Shown: positions 1-10,996, counted from the first letter of the stretch. The stretch: DNA of 64,000 bases from an uncultured Subdoligranulum sp. (GCA_964612455.1 CAZTCB010000002.1:13809-77808); one strand, 5' to 3'. A program made the numbers and translations. The notes: a model not told the origin generated them from the letters alone.

Positions 1-1958
1 GCGAGTCGGACAACGTTACCAAAAACGTCGGCGACGTTTTATTTGCCGGTAGTTACGTTACGGCGGGAGTGTGCCTTGCCAGAGTGGACAAGGTCGCCGA
101 ATTTAATTATATCGAAAACCTGACGCGAAGAGCGTCAAGGTATCAAAAACCGCGCAGTCAGATACTCTTGTCCTTTAAACTCGTATTAAAAATCGTAGCC
201 GTCATCATCGTGTGTATGTCTATCTTTTTGTTTCAGTCGGCATACAACGCCGTGGCGGTAGATACGAGTCTTACCCACAACGAAATAATAGTCAAGGCTG
301 TCACCAAAACTGCGGCGAGTATTCTCGGCATGATACCTGCGGGACCGTTTTTGCTTACTACCGTCGCGCTTGCGGCGTCGGTCATTACCTTAGCAAAAAA
401 ACGGACGATGGTTCAGGAGTTGTACTGTATCGAAATGTTGGCTCGGGCGGACGTGCTCTGTCTCGACAAAACCGGCACCATTACGGACGGCACGATGGAG
501 GTGGTCGACGTGTTGGATATGTCTGTCGGCGGCAAGTACTCGGTCAAGGACGTCGTCGGCAGTATGAACGACGCTTTACGGGACTCCAATATGACGAGTA
601 TCGCCCTGAAAAATTATTTTGGCGACAATAAAACCCTTAAACACACGGCGATATTGCCATTTAACAGCAAACGAAAGTTTTCCGCAGTCAGTTTCGATGC
701 CGAAGGAACGTTCTTTCTCGGTGCGCCCGAGTTTGTTTTGACGGGTAAAAACCAAAAGATAGAAACGCTCACTCAAAAGTACGCGGAGAAAGGGTACAGA
801 GTGTTATTGCTTGCGCAGGCACCGGGCGAAATAGTAAAAAACGATAAAGGCGAAGTCAAGTTGCCGACAAGTCGTCGCGCCTTTGCTTTGATAGCCATAG
901 AGGATCACGTTAGACCTGACGCTCCCGAAACCATCAGATGGTTTATCGAAAACGGCGTCAACGTAAAAATCATCAGCGGCGACAATCCTTCTACCGTCAG
1001 TTGTATCGCCAAAAAGGTCGGAGTGCCTTTTTCTGACAGATACGTCAGTCTCGAGGGTATGAGCGAGCAGGAAATCCGCCTTATCGCACCGGCGTACACG
1101 ATATTCGGCAGGGTTACTCCGGAGCAAAAGGCAATATTGGTCAAAGAGCTTAAAGCCGAGGGCAAGACCGTGGCGATGACGGGCGACGGCGTAAACGACA
1201 TATTGGCAATGCGCGAGTCCGATTGCGCCATAGCGATGGGAAGCGGCAGCGAGGCGGCGTTTAACGTATCTCACTTGGTGTTGCTCGACAACGATTTTTC
1301 AAATATGCCCAACGTGGTTGCCGAAGGAAGAAAAGTCGTAAACAACATACAGGCGTCGTCGAGCATGTACATCATGAAGATACTGTACAACATGATGATT
1401 AACGCACTCGTGTTGATAGGTTCGGCTTCGGGCATGAAGGTAGCGTATCCGTTTGATCCTACCAACATGTTACTCATGGAGTTTGCCGTCATAGGCTTGC
1501 CCAGTATAATACTGGCGTTGCAACCGAACAAAGAAAAAATAAACGGCAATTTCCTTGCCAACGTTATAAGAAAGTGTTTGCCTGCCGCTTTGACTTTTAC
1601 GATAGTCACGGTTGCGTTGTATTTCGTTTGCCAAAACGGAGAAGGTTTGTTCGGTGTGGAGTTACCGCATTTTTCAACCGTGGCGGCAATAACGCTGACT
1701 TTGTCGGCAATAATAGTACTGTACATTGCGTGCTTGCCGTTGAGCAATCTCAGGGTGTGCGCTCTTGCGGCATGTTTACTTATTACCGCAGTAGGGCTTT
1801 CGTTTGATTGGGCATACGAGTTTTTACGTTACGAACAACTAAACGGAGTTGAAGTTTTGCTCGTTATTACGGGGACGACTTTGTCGTTTTTCATTATGTA
1901 CGGTTGCGAAAAGTTTTTCAGTTGGAGGGAAAAATGCGCAAAGCAACAACGGTATTGA
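1..1958 (+). CDS. Cation-translocating P-type ATPase (5' end cut by window edge)
   Basis: Frame is open from nt 3. It has the DKTGTITDG phosphorylation motif, the TGDGVNDILAM hinge motif and C-terminal TM helices. Confidence 0.9.
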   Translation, partial: ESDNVTKNVGDVLFAGSYVTAGVCLARVDKVAEFNYIENLTRRASRYQKPRSQILLSFKLVLKIVAVIIVCMSIFLFQSAYNAVAVDTSLTHNEIIVKAVTKTAASILGMIPAGPFLLTTVALAASVITLAKKRTMVQELYCIEMLARADVLCLDKTGTITDGTMEVVDVLDMSVGGKYSVKDVVGSMNDALRDSNMTSIALKNYFGDNKTLKHTAILPFNSKRKFSAVSFDAEGTFFLGAPEFVLTGKNQKIETLTQKYAEKGYRVLLLAQAPGEIVKNDKGEVKLPTSRRAFALIAIEDHVRPDAPETIRWFIENGVNVKIISGDNPSTVSCIAKKVGVPFSDRYVSLEGMSEQEIRLIAPAYTIFGRVTPEQKAILVKELKAEGKTVAMTGDGVNDILAMRESDCAIAMGSGSEAAFNVSHLVLLDNDFSNMPNVVAEGRKVVNNIQASSSMYIMKILYNMMINALVLIGSASGMKVAYPFDPTNMLLMEFAVIGLPSIILALQPNKEKINGNFLANVIRKCLPAALTFTIVTVALYFVCQNGEGLFGVELPHFSTVAAITLTLSAIIVLYIACLPLSNLRVCALAACLLITAVGLSFDWAYEFLRYEQLNGVEVLLVITGTTLSFFIMYGCEKFFSWREKCAKQQRY

Positions 1959-2677
1959 TAACGGGAGCAAGTCGCGGCATAGGTGCAGAGTGCGCAAGGT
2001 TGTTTGCAAAACGCGGATACAACGTGGCTGTCAACTACTGCAATAGCGAGCAAAAGGCAACGTCGCTAAAAATCGAAATCAATGCGGCGGGCGGAGTGGC
2101 TGAGGTTTTTAAAGCCGACGTGTCCGACGAAAAACAAGTTTCGGATATGGTTTCGGCGGTTTTAAAGCGTTTCGGAAAAATCGACGTGTTGGTGGCAAAC
2201 GCAGGAGTGTCCGTGAGCGGCTTGTTAATCGATATGACTCAGGCGGATTTCGATACGATTTTTGACGTTAACGTACGCGGCGTGTTTAATGTAGTTAAGT
2301 CCGTATTACCTCATATGTATGCTCGGGAAACGGGCAGTATAGTTACCATATCGAGCATATGGGGACAAACAGGGGGCAGTTGCGAGGTTCTTTACAGTAC
2401 GTCGAAAGCCGCGATAATAGGCATGACAAAGGCTCTCGCCAAGGAAGTTGCCCCTATGGGTATACGAGTCAACAGCGTCAGTCCCGGAGCAATCGATACC
2501 GATATGCTCGACGATTTGACGGTTGAAGAAAAAAAAGACTTTGCGGCGCAGACACCGTTAAACCGACTCGGCACGCCTGCCGACGTGGCAAACGCGGTAT
2601 TTTTTTTGGCGGACGACGATGCTTCTTCTTTTATTACGGGGCATGTTTTGTCGGTCAACGGCGGTTATTTTATTTGA
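1934..2677 (+). CDS. Short-chain dehydrogenase/reductase, 3-oxoacyl-ACP reductase-like
   Basis: TGASRGIG cofactor motif and YSTSK catalytic motif. The internal ATG at 1934 follows GGAGGG; the ORF-track start at 1904 is probably too long. Confidence 0.85.
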   Translation: MRKATTVLITGASRGIGAECARLFAKRGYNVAVNYCNSEQKATSLKIEINAAGGVAEVFKADVSDEKQVSDMVSAVLKRFGKIDVLVANAGVSVSGLLIDMTQADFDTIFDVNVRGVFNVVKSVLPHMYARETGSIVTISSIWGQTGGSCEVLYSTSKAAIIGMTKALAKEVAPMGIRVNSVSPGAIDTDMLDDLTVEEKKDFAAQTPLNRLGTPADVANAVFFLADDDASSFITGHVLSVNGGYFI

Positions 2678-2698
2678 TGACTAAAACAGGAGGACAGT

Positions 2699-4381
2699 AT
2701 GAAAGTTTCACAGATGCCGTACGAGAGAGTGAATATAGACGAGGCGTGCAAAAAGATAGACGGTTTTATTGACGCGTTTAAAAATGCCGAGTCAGCCGAA
2801 GAACAACTCGCGATTGACGCAGAGATTGGTCAGATGCTCGAGGACATGAATACCGATATGACTTTGGCGTCCATTCGGTTTACGCAAAACACAACCGACG
2901 AGTTTTATCGAGCGGAAAAAAATTATTACGACGAAAAAACCCCCGCGCTCGAAGTAAAACTGCGTCAACTCGACAAATGCTATCTCGAAAGCAAATTTAT
3001 AGACGAGTTGAAAAAAAATATTCCCGAAAACTATTTCACCAACGCCCGATTGGCAAGCGAAACCATCGACAATAAAATAATAGACGAGTTGTCGCAGGAA
3101 AATAAATTGTCGACGGAATATACCGAGCTGATGTCCTCGGTCTCGGTGAGTTTTGAAAATAAAAATTACACGTTGTCGCAAATGACGTCCTTTTATCATT
3201 CTCCCGATAGAAAAAGGAGAAAACAAGCATGCGTTGCGGTCGGCAAGGCTATGACAGCCGTCGCGGGACGACTTGACGACATATACGACAAAATGGTAAA
3301 AGTGCGTACCTCGATAGCAAAAAAACTCGGATTTAAGAGTTTTTCCGAGGTTGCTTACCGCCGCTTGGGACGTAATTGCTACGACCAATTCGATATAGCA
3401 AAATTCAGGGAAAACGTAAAAAAATACGTCGTTCCGCTTGTTTGCGAAATAAAACAGCAGTCGGCGGTAGCCAACGGTATAAAAAGGATGGCGTTTTACG
3501 ACGACGAGATATACTCCGCCACGGACGTAAGACCTGTAGGTAATGCGGAGCAGATTTTTGCCTGCGCCGAAAAAATGTACGGAGAAATGCACCCCGATAC
3601 GGCAAATTTGTTTGCTAAAATGAAGGAAACGGAGGCATTTGACCTCTTGGCTCGCGACAACAAGTGGGGCGGAGGGTATTGTACGGGTTTGCCGAATTAT
3701 AAAATACCGTTTATCATGTCCAATTTCAACGGGAGTCTCGGCGACGTGGACGTATTGACGCATGAATTCGGTCATGCCCTCGAGGCGTCGTATTCTTATT
3801 TGGTCACGCCTCCGTCGAGACGCGGCAGCATTACGATGGATACGTGCGAGGTTCATTCTATGAGTATGGAGTTTTTCGCATACAAATGGATGGACTTGTT
3901 TTTCGGAGATAAAAAAGACGATTATATTTACAATCACGTTGCCGGTGCGATATCTTTTATACCTTACGGTACGATTGTGGATTTCTTTCAGCAGACGGCG
4001 TACGATTACTACAACAACACGAAAAAAGACCGCAACGATTTTTGGCGCGATATAGAGGGCGAGTTTTTACCGTACATGTCAAGCAAAGGACTGCCGTATT
4101 TCGATACGGGCAGGCGTTGGCAGATGAAAGCTCATATATTTGAGAGTCCGTTTTACTACATCGACTACTGCCTCGCGCAAATGACGGCGTTTCAGTTTTT
4201 GGCGCTCATGCAAGAAGACTATGACGCAGCCTTTGAAAAGTATTTGCAGTTTGTAAAAATAGGCGGCACAAAAACGTTTTTGGAGACGGTCGAAGCCGTC
4301 GGACTGATTTCTCCATTTGAAGAGGAGTCGTTTAAAAAGGTCACGGATACCGTGAGAAAAATACTCGGTTTAAAACGTTAA
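2699..4381 (+). CDS. M3-family oligoendopeptidase (PepF-like)
   Basis: HEFGH zinc-binding motif. Length of about 560 aa is typical of M3B oligoendopeptidase F. AGGAG RBS. Confidence 0.85.
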   Translation: MKVSQMPYERVNIDEACKKIDGFIDAFKNAESAEEQLAIDAEIGQMLEDMNTDMTLASIRFTQNTTDEFYRAEKNYYDEKTPALEVKLRQLDKCYLESKFIDELKKNIPENYFTNARLASETIDNKIIDELSQENKLSTEYTELMSSVSVSFENKNYTLSQMTSFYHSPDRKRRKQACVAVGKAMTAVAGRLDDIYDKMVKVRTSIAKKLGFKSFSEVAYRRLGRNCYDQFDIAKFRENVKKYVVPLVCEIKQQSAVANGIKRMAFYDDEIYSATDVRPVGNAEQIFACAEKMYGEMHPDTANLFAKMKETEAFDLLARDNKWGGGYCTGLPNYKIPFIMSNFNGSLGDVDVLTHEFGHALEASYSYLVTPPSRRGSITMDTCEVHSMSMEFFAYKWMDLFFGDKKDDYIYNHVAGAISFIPYGTIVDFFQQTAYDYYNNTKKDRNDFWRDIEGEFLPYMSSKGLPYFDTGRRWQMKAHIFESPFYYIDYCLAQMTAFQFLALMQEDYDAAFEKYLQFVKIGGTKTFLETVEAVGLISPFEEESFKKVTDTVRKILGLKR

Positions 4382-4406
4382 ACGTCGACACTTAAGAGGA
4401 ATAAGT

Positions 4407-5555
4407 ATGGAAGAAACTATGGTTGAAAAAAAAGAGCCGTCTCTTTTAAAAAAACTCGGCAAACGTTGGTTTATCGACGCTTTCGGCGGTATGGCGATGG
4501 GGTTGTTCGCAACGCTCATTGCTGGTACCATTCTCGCACAGATTGCCGCTCTTGTCGGTGACAATTTTGTCGGAAATCTCTTAAACGGCGTTGCCCTCGT
4601 TGCAAAAACCCTCATGGGCGCGGGTATCGGCGTCGGTATCGCTTACGCGCTCAAATGCGACAAACTTACGATTTTCAGCTGTGCGGTGGCGGGTTTTGTC
4701 GGTGCCAACGCGGTCGGTTGGGCATGGAGCGAAAACTTTACGATAGGTTTTGGCGTGGGCAATCCGATAGGCGCCTACGTATGCGCTCTCGCGGCGGCTG
4801 AGATATGCAGTCTTTACGCCGGCAAGACCAAATTGGATATATTGTTTATTCCTATCGGCGCGATGCTCGTCGCATGCGTAGTTTCTACGACGCTTTGTCC
4901 GCCTATCAAATGGTTGGTGGACGAAATAGGTAAAGGTATAGCCGTTGCCACCGAGTGGAGTCCTTTTTTGATGGGGATAGTTATATCGACGGTAATGGGC
5001 GTATTGCTCACGATGCCTACAAGCAGTGCCGCGATATGGGTTGCGGTATCGAGCAGCGTTATCGCCGAGGGCGGCGCAGTTGCCGACGCGATGTTGTTGG
5101 CAGGGGGTGCCGCGGTAGTAGGTTGTGCGTGTCACATGATGGGCTTTGCCGCTATGAGTTATAAAGAAAACGGATTGAGCGGCTTTATCGCGCAGGGCTT
5201 TGGCACGAGTATGTTGCAGATTCCCAATATAATGAAAAACGGCAAAATCATATTGCCCCCGACGATAGTGTCCGCCGTCTTGGGACCGATAGCCACATGC
5301 GTCTTTAAACTCAGGTGCGGCGCGAGCGGCGGCGGAATGGGTACGAGCGGATTGGTCGGCGTGATAGATACAATCGCTTGCAGCAGCGGAGAGATATCCG
5401 ACTTTGCGCTCATCGTCGGCGTCGCGCTTTTACTTTTCGTGTTGCCGGTCGTACTGACATGGCTTTGCGGCGAGTTGTTTCGCAAGATTGGCTGGATTAA
5501 AGAAGGCGATCTTAAACTTGAACTCGGAGCCAAAAAGAAAGAGCAAAATAACTGA
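4407..5555 (+). CDS. Polytopic membrane protein, PTS EIIC_2-like
   Basis: About 10 hydrophobic helices. The N-terminus (WFIDAFGGMAMGLFATLIAGTIL) resembles stand-alone PTS IIC (PF13303-type) proteins. The family assignment is from memory only. Confidence 0.4.
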   Translation: MEETMVEKKEPSLLKKLGKRWFIDAFGGMAMGLFATLIAGTILAQIAALVGDNFVGNLLNGVALVAKTLMGAGIGVGIAYALKCDKLTIFSCAVAGFVGANAVGWAWSENFTIGFGVGNPIGAYVCALAAAEICSLYAGKTKLDILFIPIGAMLVACVVSTTLCPPIKWLVDEIGKGIAVATEWSPFLMGIVISTVMGVLLTMPTSSAAIWVAVSSSVIAEGGAVADAMLLAGGAAVVGCACHMMGFAAMSYKENGLSGFIAQGFGTSMLQIPNIMKNGKIILPPTIVSAVLGPIATCVFKLRCGASGGGMGTSGLVGVIDTIACSSGEISDFALIVGVALLLFVLPVVLTWLCGELFRKIGWIKEGDLKLELGAKKKEQNN

Positions 5556-5563
5556 GGTAAAAG

Positions 5564-6304
5564 ATGAAAGAGGTAAGTATAGGTATTTTCAGCGACATAC
5601 ATGGCAATTTTAACGCGCTGAAACGGATTTTAAATTATTTTGAAAGAAAAAAAGTCGACGCGATATTTCATCTCGGTGACGTAGTGTGTATAGGACCTCG
5701 TTCCGCCGAGTGCATGAAAACGTTGCTTTGCACTCCGAATCTGACTTGCATACTCGGCAATCATGACAAAGATTATCTCAACGGCGACGTCAGACCAAAG
5801 GCGTTTTCTAACGTGCCGAAAGCTCACAAAGAATTTGTTTTCGAGCAACTCGGCGACCGATACAAAGATGACGTTTTGCGTTTTCCGACGCTTGTCGTTC
5901 AAAACTACAACGGTCTCAGCGTGGCTTTTACGCATTACGCTTTTGCCCGTCCGTGCGACAAACAAAAGGATAAAAAAGCGGTTTTTCGCCCGATAGAGTA
6001 CGAACCGTCTCCCGAAAAACTGGACGAAATGTTTAAAGAAATCCCCGCCGATATAGTGTTTTTCGGGCATCAACATGCTCCGTACGAGTTTGTCGGACAA
6101 AGGATATATTGCAACGTGGGCAGTGCGGGGTGTTATAAACTGAGCATGACTCGCGGCGCTATACTGACCGTTGACAGAGAGGGCAATCCTACGGTAGAAA
6201 AGTTTAGGATTCCGTACGAGCGCGAAACGACTTTTGCCGAGTTGGACGAGTTGAACGTTCCTGCGGCGGATTTTATGAAAAAGTATTATTTTGAGGTGGA
6301 TTGA
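5564..6304 (+). CDS. Metallophosphoesterase (YfcE/calcineurin-like)
   Basis: SDIHGN, GDVV, GNHD and GHQH metal-binding motifs in canonical order. Confidence 0.8.
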   Translation: MKEVSIGIFSDIHGNFNALKRILNYFERKKVDAIFHLGDVVCIGPRSAECMKTLLCTPNLTCILGNHDKDYLNGDVRPKAFSNVPKAHKEFVFEQLGDRYKDDVLRFPTLVVQNYNGLSVAFTHYAFARPCDKQKDKKAVFRPIEYEPSPEKLDEMFKEIPADIVFFGHQHAPYEFVGQRIYCNVGSAGCYKLSMTRGAILTVDREGNPTVEKFRIPYERETTFAELDELNVPAADFMKKYYFEVD

Positions 6305-6361
6305 GCTTTTCGCGCGAGACAGGCTAAAAGCAGTCGCCATTTTGACGTTGACTGCAAAGTA

Positions 6362-7696
6362 TTGATTTTCGATAAAAAACATGATAAAATAATCGATATG
6401 GTAAAAAACGTCGTAAATAACGAATATTTTGACGAAGGCAGTGCGTTGCCGCCGCTGGCGGAACGTATGCGTCCTAAGGTATTGAGTGAATTTGTCGGGC
6501 AGAGACATTTGATTTACGCCGACAGTTTGCTTTCTCGCGCCATACGCGCCGACAAATTGGGCAGTTGTATTTTTTGGGGACCTCCCGGGTGCGGTAAAAC
6601 GACGCTGGCTAACGTTATCGCTAACAGTACGGAGGCTGTTTTTGAAAAACTTAACGCCGTGACGAGCGGAGTTGCCGATGCAAAAAAAGTTATCGAAGAA
6701 GCAGCCAAACGCAAGCGTCTCTACGGTAAAAAAACTTATCTCATGTTGGACGAGTGTCATCGTTGGAGCAAGGCTCAGAGCGATTGCGTTTTAAGCGCGA
6801 TAGAAGAGGGCACTATCATTTTTATCGGTTCTACGACCGAAAATCCCTATTATAGCATGACGCCCGCTATCGTGTCGCGTTGTCGGGTGTTTGAGTTTTT
6901 ACCTATAGATGCCGAAGACGTGAAAATCGGCATCGGGAGAGCTTTGACCGATGCCAAAGGTTACGGTGACTTAAATATAAAACTCGACGACGAGGCTTTG
7001 GACTATATTTCGGTTTTTTGCGGCGGAGATTTAAGAAACGCTTATAACGCGTTGGAGCTTGCCGTGTTGACGAGCAAAGCCGACGAAAACGGTGTTGTTC
7101 GTATTACCAAGCGGGACGTTGCCGAGTCAATGCAGACTAAACCGTTGAGCGTCGACAGGCAGCATTATTACGACATGATTTCCGCTTTTATAAAGAGCAT
7201 GAGAGGGAGTGATCCCGACGCCGCGATGTTTTGGTTTTGTCGATTGATAGAAGGCGGTTGCGATCCCGTCATGCTGGCAAGGCGTATAGTCATATGCGCG
7301 GCAGAGGACGTCGGATTGGCTGATCCTATGGCGTTGGTAGTGGCGAGTTCGGCGTTGACGGCTTTTTTAAACGTAGGTTTGCCCGAAGGCAGGTTGCCGT
7401 TGACCGAGGCGGTCCTTTATATCGCCAACGCGCCAAAATCCAACAGTTGCGAGACGACTTTGGGTAATGCGACTGCGGCTGCGAAACGCCATGCTACTGC
7501 GCGCGTGCCGTCACATTTGATGGATCAGTCTTTTTCAAGGGGGACGGGTACCAAATACGCGAGCTATAAGTATCCGCATAGTTACGGAGGCTGGGTGGCT
7601 CAGCAGTATCTTCCGGACGAGGCAAACGGCGAGGTTTATTACGCCCCGACGTTTAACGGTCGCGACGTCGGGAGTAAAAACGAAAAAAAGAAATGA
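6362..7696 (+). CDS. rarA: Replication-associated recombination protein A (AAA+ ATPase)
   Basis: GPPGCGKTTLA Walker A, LDECHRW Walker B and a MgsA C-terminal domain (HYYDMISAFIKSMRGSDPDAA). The true start may be the ATG at 6398. Confidence 0.9.
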   Translation: MIFDKKHDKIIDMVKNVVNNEYFDEGSALPPLAERMRPKVLSEFVGQRHLIYADSLLSRAIRADKLGSCIFWGPPGCGKTTLANVIANSTEAVFEKLNAVTSGVADAKKVIEEAAKRKRLYGKKTYLMLDECHRWSKAQSDCVLSAIEEGTIIFIGSTTENPYYSMTPAIVSRCRVFEFLPIDAEDVKIGIGRALTDAKGYGDLNIKLDDEALDYISVFCGGDLRNAYNALELAVLTSKADENGVVRITKRDVAESMQTKPLSVDRQHYYDMISAFIKSMRGSDPDAAMFWFCRLIEGGCDPVMLARRIVICAAEDVGLADPMALVVASSALTAFLNVGLPEGRLPLTEAVLYIANAPKSNSCETTLGNATAAAKRHATARVPSHLMDQSFSRGTGTKYASYKYPHSYGGWVAQQYLPDEANGEVYYAPTFNGRDVGSKNEKKK

Positions 7697-7794
7697 GCGG
7701 TTTTGAGCCGTTAAATAAAATTCGTTGGTAAAAAACGTGTGACGCATGCCGATTTAACGCGACTCGAGGCGGTTGTCCGAAAACGCAAAAATAC

Positions 7795-7823
7795 TTGACG
7801 ATAGCGTAAACAAACTTTAGAAT
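7795..7823 (+). promoter_or_regulatory. Candidate sigma-A promoter for tyrS
   Basis: TTGACG, 17 nt spacer, TAGAAT, about 27 nt upstream of the start codon. Confidence 0.45.
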
Positions 7824-7849
7824 AATCAGTAAACGAGGAGAATTTTTAT

Positions 7850-9040
7850 ATGACAACGAAAAACGTGATGGATACTTTGAGAGAGCGCGGGTTTATCAAA
7901 CAGACTGTATACGAAGACGATTTGTATAAGCTTCTCGGCGAAAAATCCGTTACTTTTTATATAGGTTTTGACCCGACTGCCGATAGTTTGCACGTAGGGC
8001 ATTTCGTGCAACTCATGGCAATGGCGCATATGCAAAGAGCGGGACACAAGCCGATAGCATTGATAGGCGGCGGTACCGCCATGGTAGGAGATCCTTCAGG
8101 GCGTACCGACATGCGTAGCATGATGACCAAAGAGACGATTGCTCACAACAGCGAGTGCTTTAAAAAGCAAATGGAGCGTTTCGTCGATTTTTCGCAAGGC
8201 AAAGCCGTGATGATTAACAACGCCGATTGGTTGCTTGACCTCAATTATATAGACTTTTTGCGTAATATAGGCACTCATTTTTCCGTAAACAAGATGTTGA
8301 CGGCAGAGTGTTTTAAAAAACGTCTTGAAAAAGGATTGTCTTTTCTTGAGTTTAACTATATGTTGATGCAAGGATACGACTTTTTGGTGTTGTATCAAAA
8401 ATACGGTTGTTTGTTGCAACTCGGAGGCGACGACCAGTGGAGCAATATGCTGGCAGGCGCCGATTTAATCAGGCGTAAAGAACAAAAAGACGCGTTCGCC
8501 ATGACTTTTGCGTTGTTGACCACGAGCGAGGGTATCAAAATGGGCAAGACGGCTAAAGGCGCGGTATGGCTCGACGCAGACAAAACCACGCCTTACGAGT
8601 TTTTCCAGTATTGGCGCAACGTCGCCGACGCAGACGTCGAAAAATGCTTAAAACTCTTGACTTTCGTCGATATCGACGAGATAAGAGACCTTTGCAAATA
8701 CAACGACGAGCGTATAAATCAGTCAAAAATCCGCCTTGCGTACGAGGTTACGGCATTGGTACACGGCAAAGAGGTTGCCGACAAGGTAAAGTTACAGGTC
8801 GAAGCGGCTTTTTCAAACAACGCCGACAACATGCAAAGTAAAGAAATCGTCGCCGACAATATTATCGATTGTCTCGTCGAGGTCGGTTTTGCAAAAAGCA
8901 AAGGAGAAGCGCGCAGGCTTATCGAGGGCGGAGGCGTGTCGGTAGACGATACCAAGGTGAGCGGATTCGATTTGGCTTTGCCGACGGAGTTCGTCCTCCA
9001 CAAAGGGAAAAAAGCCCATTTAAAAGTTGTTCGTAAATGA
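7850..9040 (+). CDS. tyrS: Tyrosine--tRNA ligase
   Basis: HVGH (HIGH) and KMGKT (KMSKS) motifs. C-terminal S4-like domain. Confidence 0.95.
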   Translation: MTTKNVMDTLRERGFIKQTVYEDDLYKLLGEKSVTFYIGFDPTADSLHVGHFVQLMAMAHMQRAGHKPIALIGGGTAMVGDPSGRTDMRSMMTKETIAHNSECFKKQMERFVDFSQGKAVMINNADWLLDLNYIDFLRNIGTHFSVNKMLTAECFKKRLEKGLSFLEFNYMLMQGYDFLVLYQKYGCLLQLGGDDQWSNMLAGADLIRRKEQKDAFAMTFALLTTSEGIKMGKTAKGAVWLDADKTTPYEFFQYWRNVADADVEKCLKLLTFVDIDEIRDLCKYNDERINQSKIRLAYEVTALVHGKEVADKVKLQVEAAFSNNADNMQSKEIVADNIIDCLVEVGFAKSKGEARRLIEGGGVSVDDTKVSGFDLALPTEFVLHKGKKAHLKVVRK

Positions 9041-9660
9041 GTGAAAAACTTTTTTTATCCCCAATACCCGACGAGGTGTTTTTCAATGAAACCGTGATAA
9101 ATAAATCACGGTTTTTGACGTATTGCAAAAACGTAGCCGACGTCAACGAGGCGACGGATTTTTTACTCGGGATTAAAAAGAAGCATTACGACGCCACTCA
9201 CAACTGTTACGCGTACGTAGTCGGAGACGTTGTAAAATTCAGCGACGACGGAGAGCCGAGCGGTACTGCCGGCAAACCGATATTAAACGCAATACAACAA
9301 AAGGGTTTTTCGGATACGATAGTGGTGGTTACCAGATATTTCGGCGGTATCAAACTCGGTGCCGGCGGTCTGGTGCGAGCGTACGGCGGTGCCGCAAACG
9401 ATATTTTGACGCTTGTCCCGACTTGTAAAGCCGAAACCGTGGCGGACATTTCGGTCGTCGTTTCTTATTCGCAATTGAGCGTCGTCAACGCCGTGCTCGG
9501 TGATACCGCTCTGCGTAAAAACAACGTTTTCGATGCCGTAGTTACCGTCAACGCCACGCTTAGAATTAATGATTTGCAAAAAACCGTTACGGCTATCAAA
9601 GACGCGACTAACGGACAGGCTGTGACAAACGTCGGCAACGAGTACGTTTTAAAAATATGA
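9037..9660 (+). CDS. yigZ: YigZ/IMPACT-family protein
   Basis: SRF...HNCYAY...[14 protein letters not shown]...[18 protein letters not shown] signature. ATGA overlap with tyrS. Confidence 0.85.
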   Translation: MSEKLFLSPIPDEVFFNETVINKSRFLTYCKNVADVNEATDFLLGIKKKHYDATHNCYAYVVGDVVKFSDDGEPSGTAGKPILNAIQQKGFSDTIVVVTRYFGGIKLGAGGLVRAYGGAANDILTLVPTCKAETVADISVVVSYSQLSVVNAVLGDTALRKNNVFDAVVTVNATLRINDLQKTVTAIKDATNGQAVTNVGNEYVLKI

Positions 9661-9670
9661 GGAGAGAGCA

Positions 9671-10315
9671 ATGCAAGAGTACGTTATAACGTCAATCGTT
9701 CAGAAAAAAAACAATAAAACTCGCTATGAGCTTTATCTCGACGGCGAGCAAAATTGCGTTTTGACGGACGAAAGCGTAGCGATATTCAGATTGAAAGAAG
9801 GGCAGACGTTGACCGAAAGCCGACTCAACGATATTTTGGATACGACCGAAACGCAGATTGCTTTCGACAAGTGTTTAAATTTGCTCGGCAAAAGCATGAA
9901 GACGTCGGGACAAATCAAAGATTACCTTAGACAAAAGGGTTTTAACGAGCGCGTCACGCTTAACGTCATGAATAAACTCAAAGAGTACAAATACGTCGAC
10001 GACTACGATTACGCGGCAGCTTTCGTCGCACAAAACAAATTTTCAAAGGGGTTGTTCAGGTTAAAGAGAGAGATGGCTCTCAAAGGGATAAGCGAAGAAA
10101 TAATCGATGCGGTTTTAAGTACACAGGGCGATGAGGACGAGACCGAAAACGCTTTTTGTCTGGCGGAAAGGTTTACTAAGGGCAAGTGCCTCGACGTAAA
10201 GTCGCTGGCAAGGTTAAACAGGCATCTTTTGTCGCGCGGTTTTGCTTTCGATACGATAAACACGGTTGTCAATCGGCTGAAAGAAAAATACGGTTTTTCA
10301 GACGACCGCAATTGA
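9671..10315 (+). CDS. recX: Recombination regulator RecX
   Basis: Repeated three-helix RecX modules (YLRQKGF...YVDDYDYAAAFV). Confidence 0.8.
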   Translation: MQEYVITSIVQKKNNKTRYELYLDGEQNCVLTDESVAIFRLKEGQTLTESRLNDILDTTETQIAFDKCLNLLGKSMKTSGQIKDYLRQKGFNERVTLNVMNKLKEYKYVDDYDYAAAFVAQNKFSKGLFRLKREMALKGISEEIIDAVLSTQGDEDETENAFCLAERFTKGKCLDVKSLARLNRHLLSRGFAFDTINTVVNRLKEKYGFSDDRN

Positions 10316-10330
10316 AATCGAGCATTAAAA

Positions 10331-10370
10331 GAAAAAAACAGGCGGTTTGGCAAAACCGCCTGTTTTATTT
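10331..10370. terminator. Bidirectional intrinsic terminator between recX and mazF
   Basis: ACAGGCGGTTT/AAACCGCCTGT stem flanked by an A-run and a T-run. Confidence 0.8.
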
Positions 10371-10418
10371 TCGCCTGTTTCAAGGTCGTATTTGGTAACG
10401 CTTTGGTTTTTAAAGTCG

Positions 10419-10772
10419 TCAATGAAAAAAACCGAGACTTATCAGCAGTGCATTGTTTACTTCTTTCATTTGTTCGGGAGTGAGTTCGCCTATTTTTTCT
10501 TTTAAACGACTTTTATCTATCGTGCGGATTTGTTCCAATAGTACGACGCTGTCTTTGGGCAGACTCGAAGTACTACTCGACAACAAAATATGAGTCGGCA
10601 ATTTTGCCTTATTTAGTTTTGAGGTTGTAGCCGCCGCTATGATTGTAGGGCTATATTTGTTGCCGATATCGTTTTGCAGTACAAGCACAGGTCGGATTCC
10701 GCCTTGTTCGCTACCAATGACCGGGCTTAAGTCGGCGTAATATATTTCTCCGCGTTTTATCACTTTGCACAT
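10419..10772 (-). CDS. mazF: Type II toxin MazF/EndoA-family endoribonuclease
   Basis: Near-colinear with B. subtilis EndoA ([33 protein letters not shown]...LPTH...[13 protein letters not shown]). Confidence 0.9.
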   Translation of the reverse strand: MCKVIKRGEIYYADLSPVIGSEQGGIRPVLVLQNDIGNKYSPTIIAAATTSKLNKAKLPTHILLSSSTSSLPKDSVVLLEQIRTIDKSRLKEKIGELTPEQMKEVNNALLISLGFFH

Positions 10773-10939
10773 CCTTTGACGGCAACTATCCTCGTTAATA
10801 CTTTATTCCCGTGACGAATAAAAGGTGTATGTATTCTGCCGTCGTAAAACTATTTTGGACAAAGTCGGCGCATTCTAAACGCCATGTCCGCTTTTTTACG
10901 TTAAAAGGCTTTGTTCGGACAATAAATCGATGTTTTGTC

Positions 10940-10968
10940 TTGACTTAATTTTTATATTGGCTTATAAT
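10940..10968 (+). promoter_or_regulatory. Candidate sigma-A promoter for lgt
   Basis: TTGACT, 17 nt spacer, TATAAT. Confidence 0.55.
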
Positions 10969-10996
10969 ATACGAAAAAGTAAAAGGAGATTGTTTT

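Noticed and set aside
2792-3937. Long antisense ORFs opposite pepF-like (2792-3937), the metallophosphoesterase/rarA pair (5630-6760), dnaX (19803-20906), ybaB/recR (21053-21796), murI/EF-G (33115-34017) and truA (49715-50608).
   Set aside because: Each overlaps a confidently identified gene on the other strand and shows no motifs. They are treated as non-coding shadow ORFs.
7697-7849. Possible T-box leader upstream of tyrS.
   Set aside because: The leader is only about 150 nt. After the putative promoter only about 25 nt remain, and I could not find the conserved T-box sequence or a specifier/antiterminator architecture.
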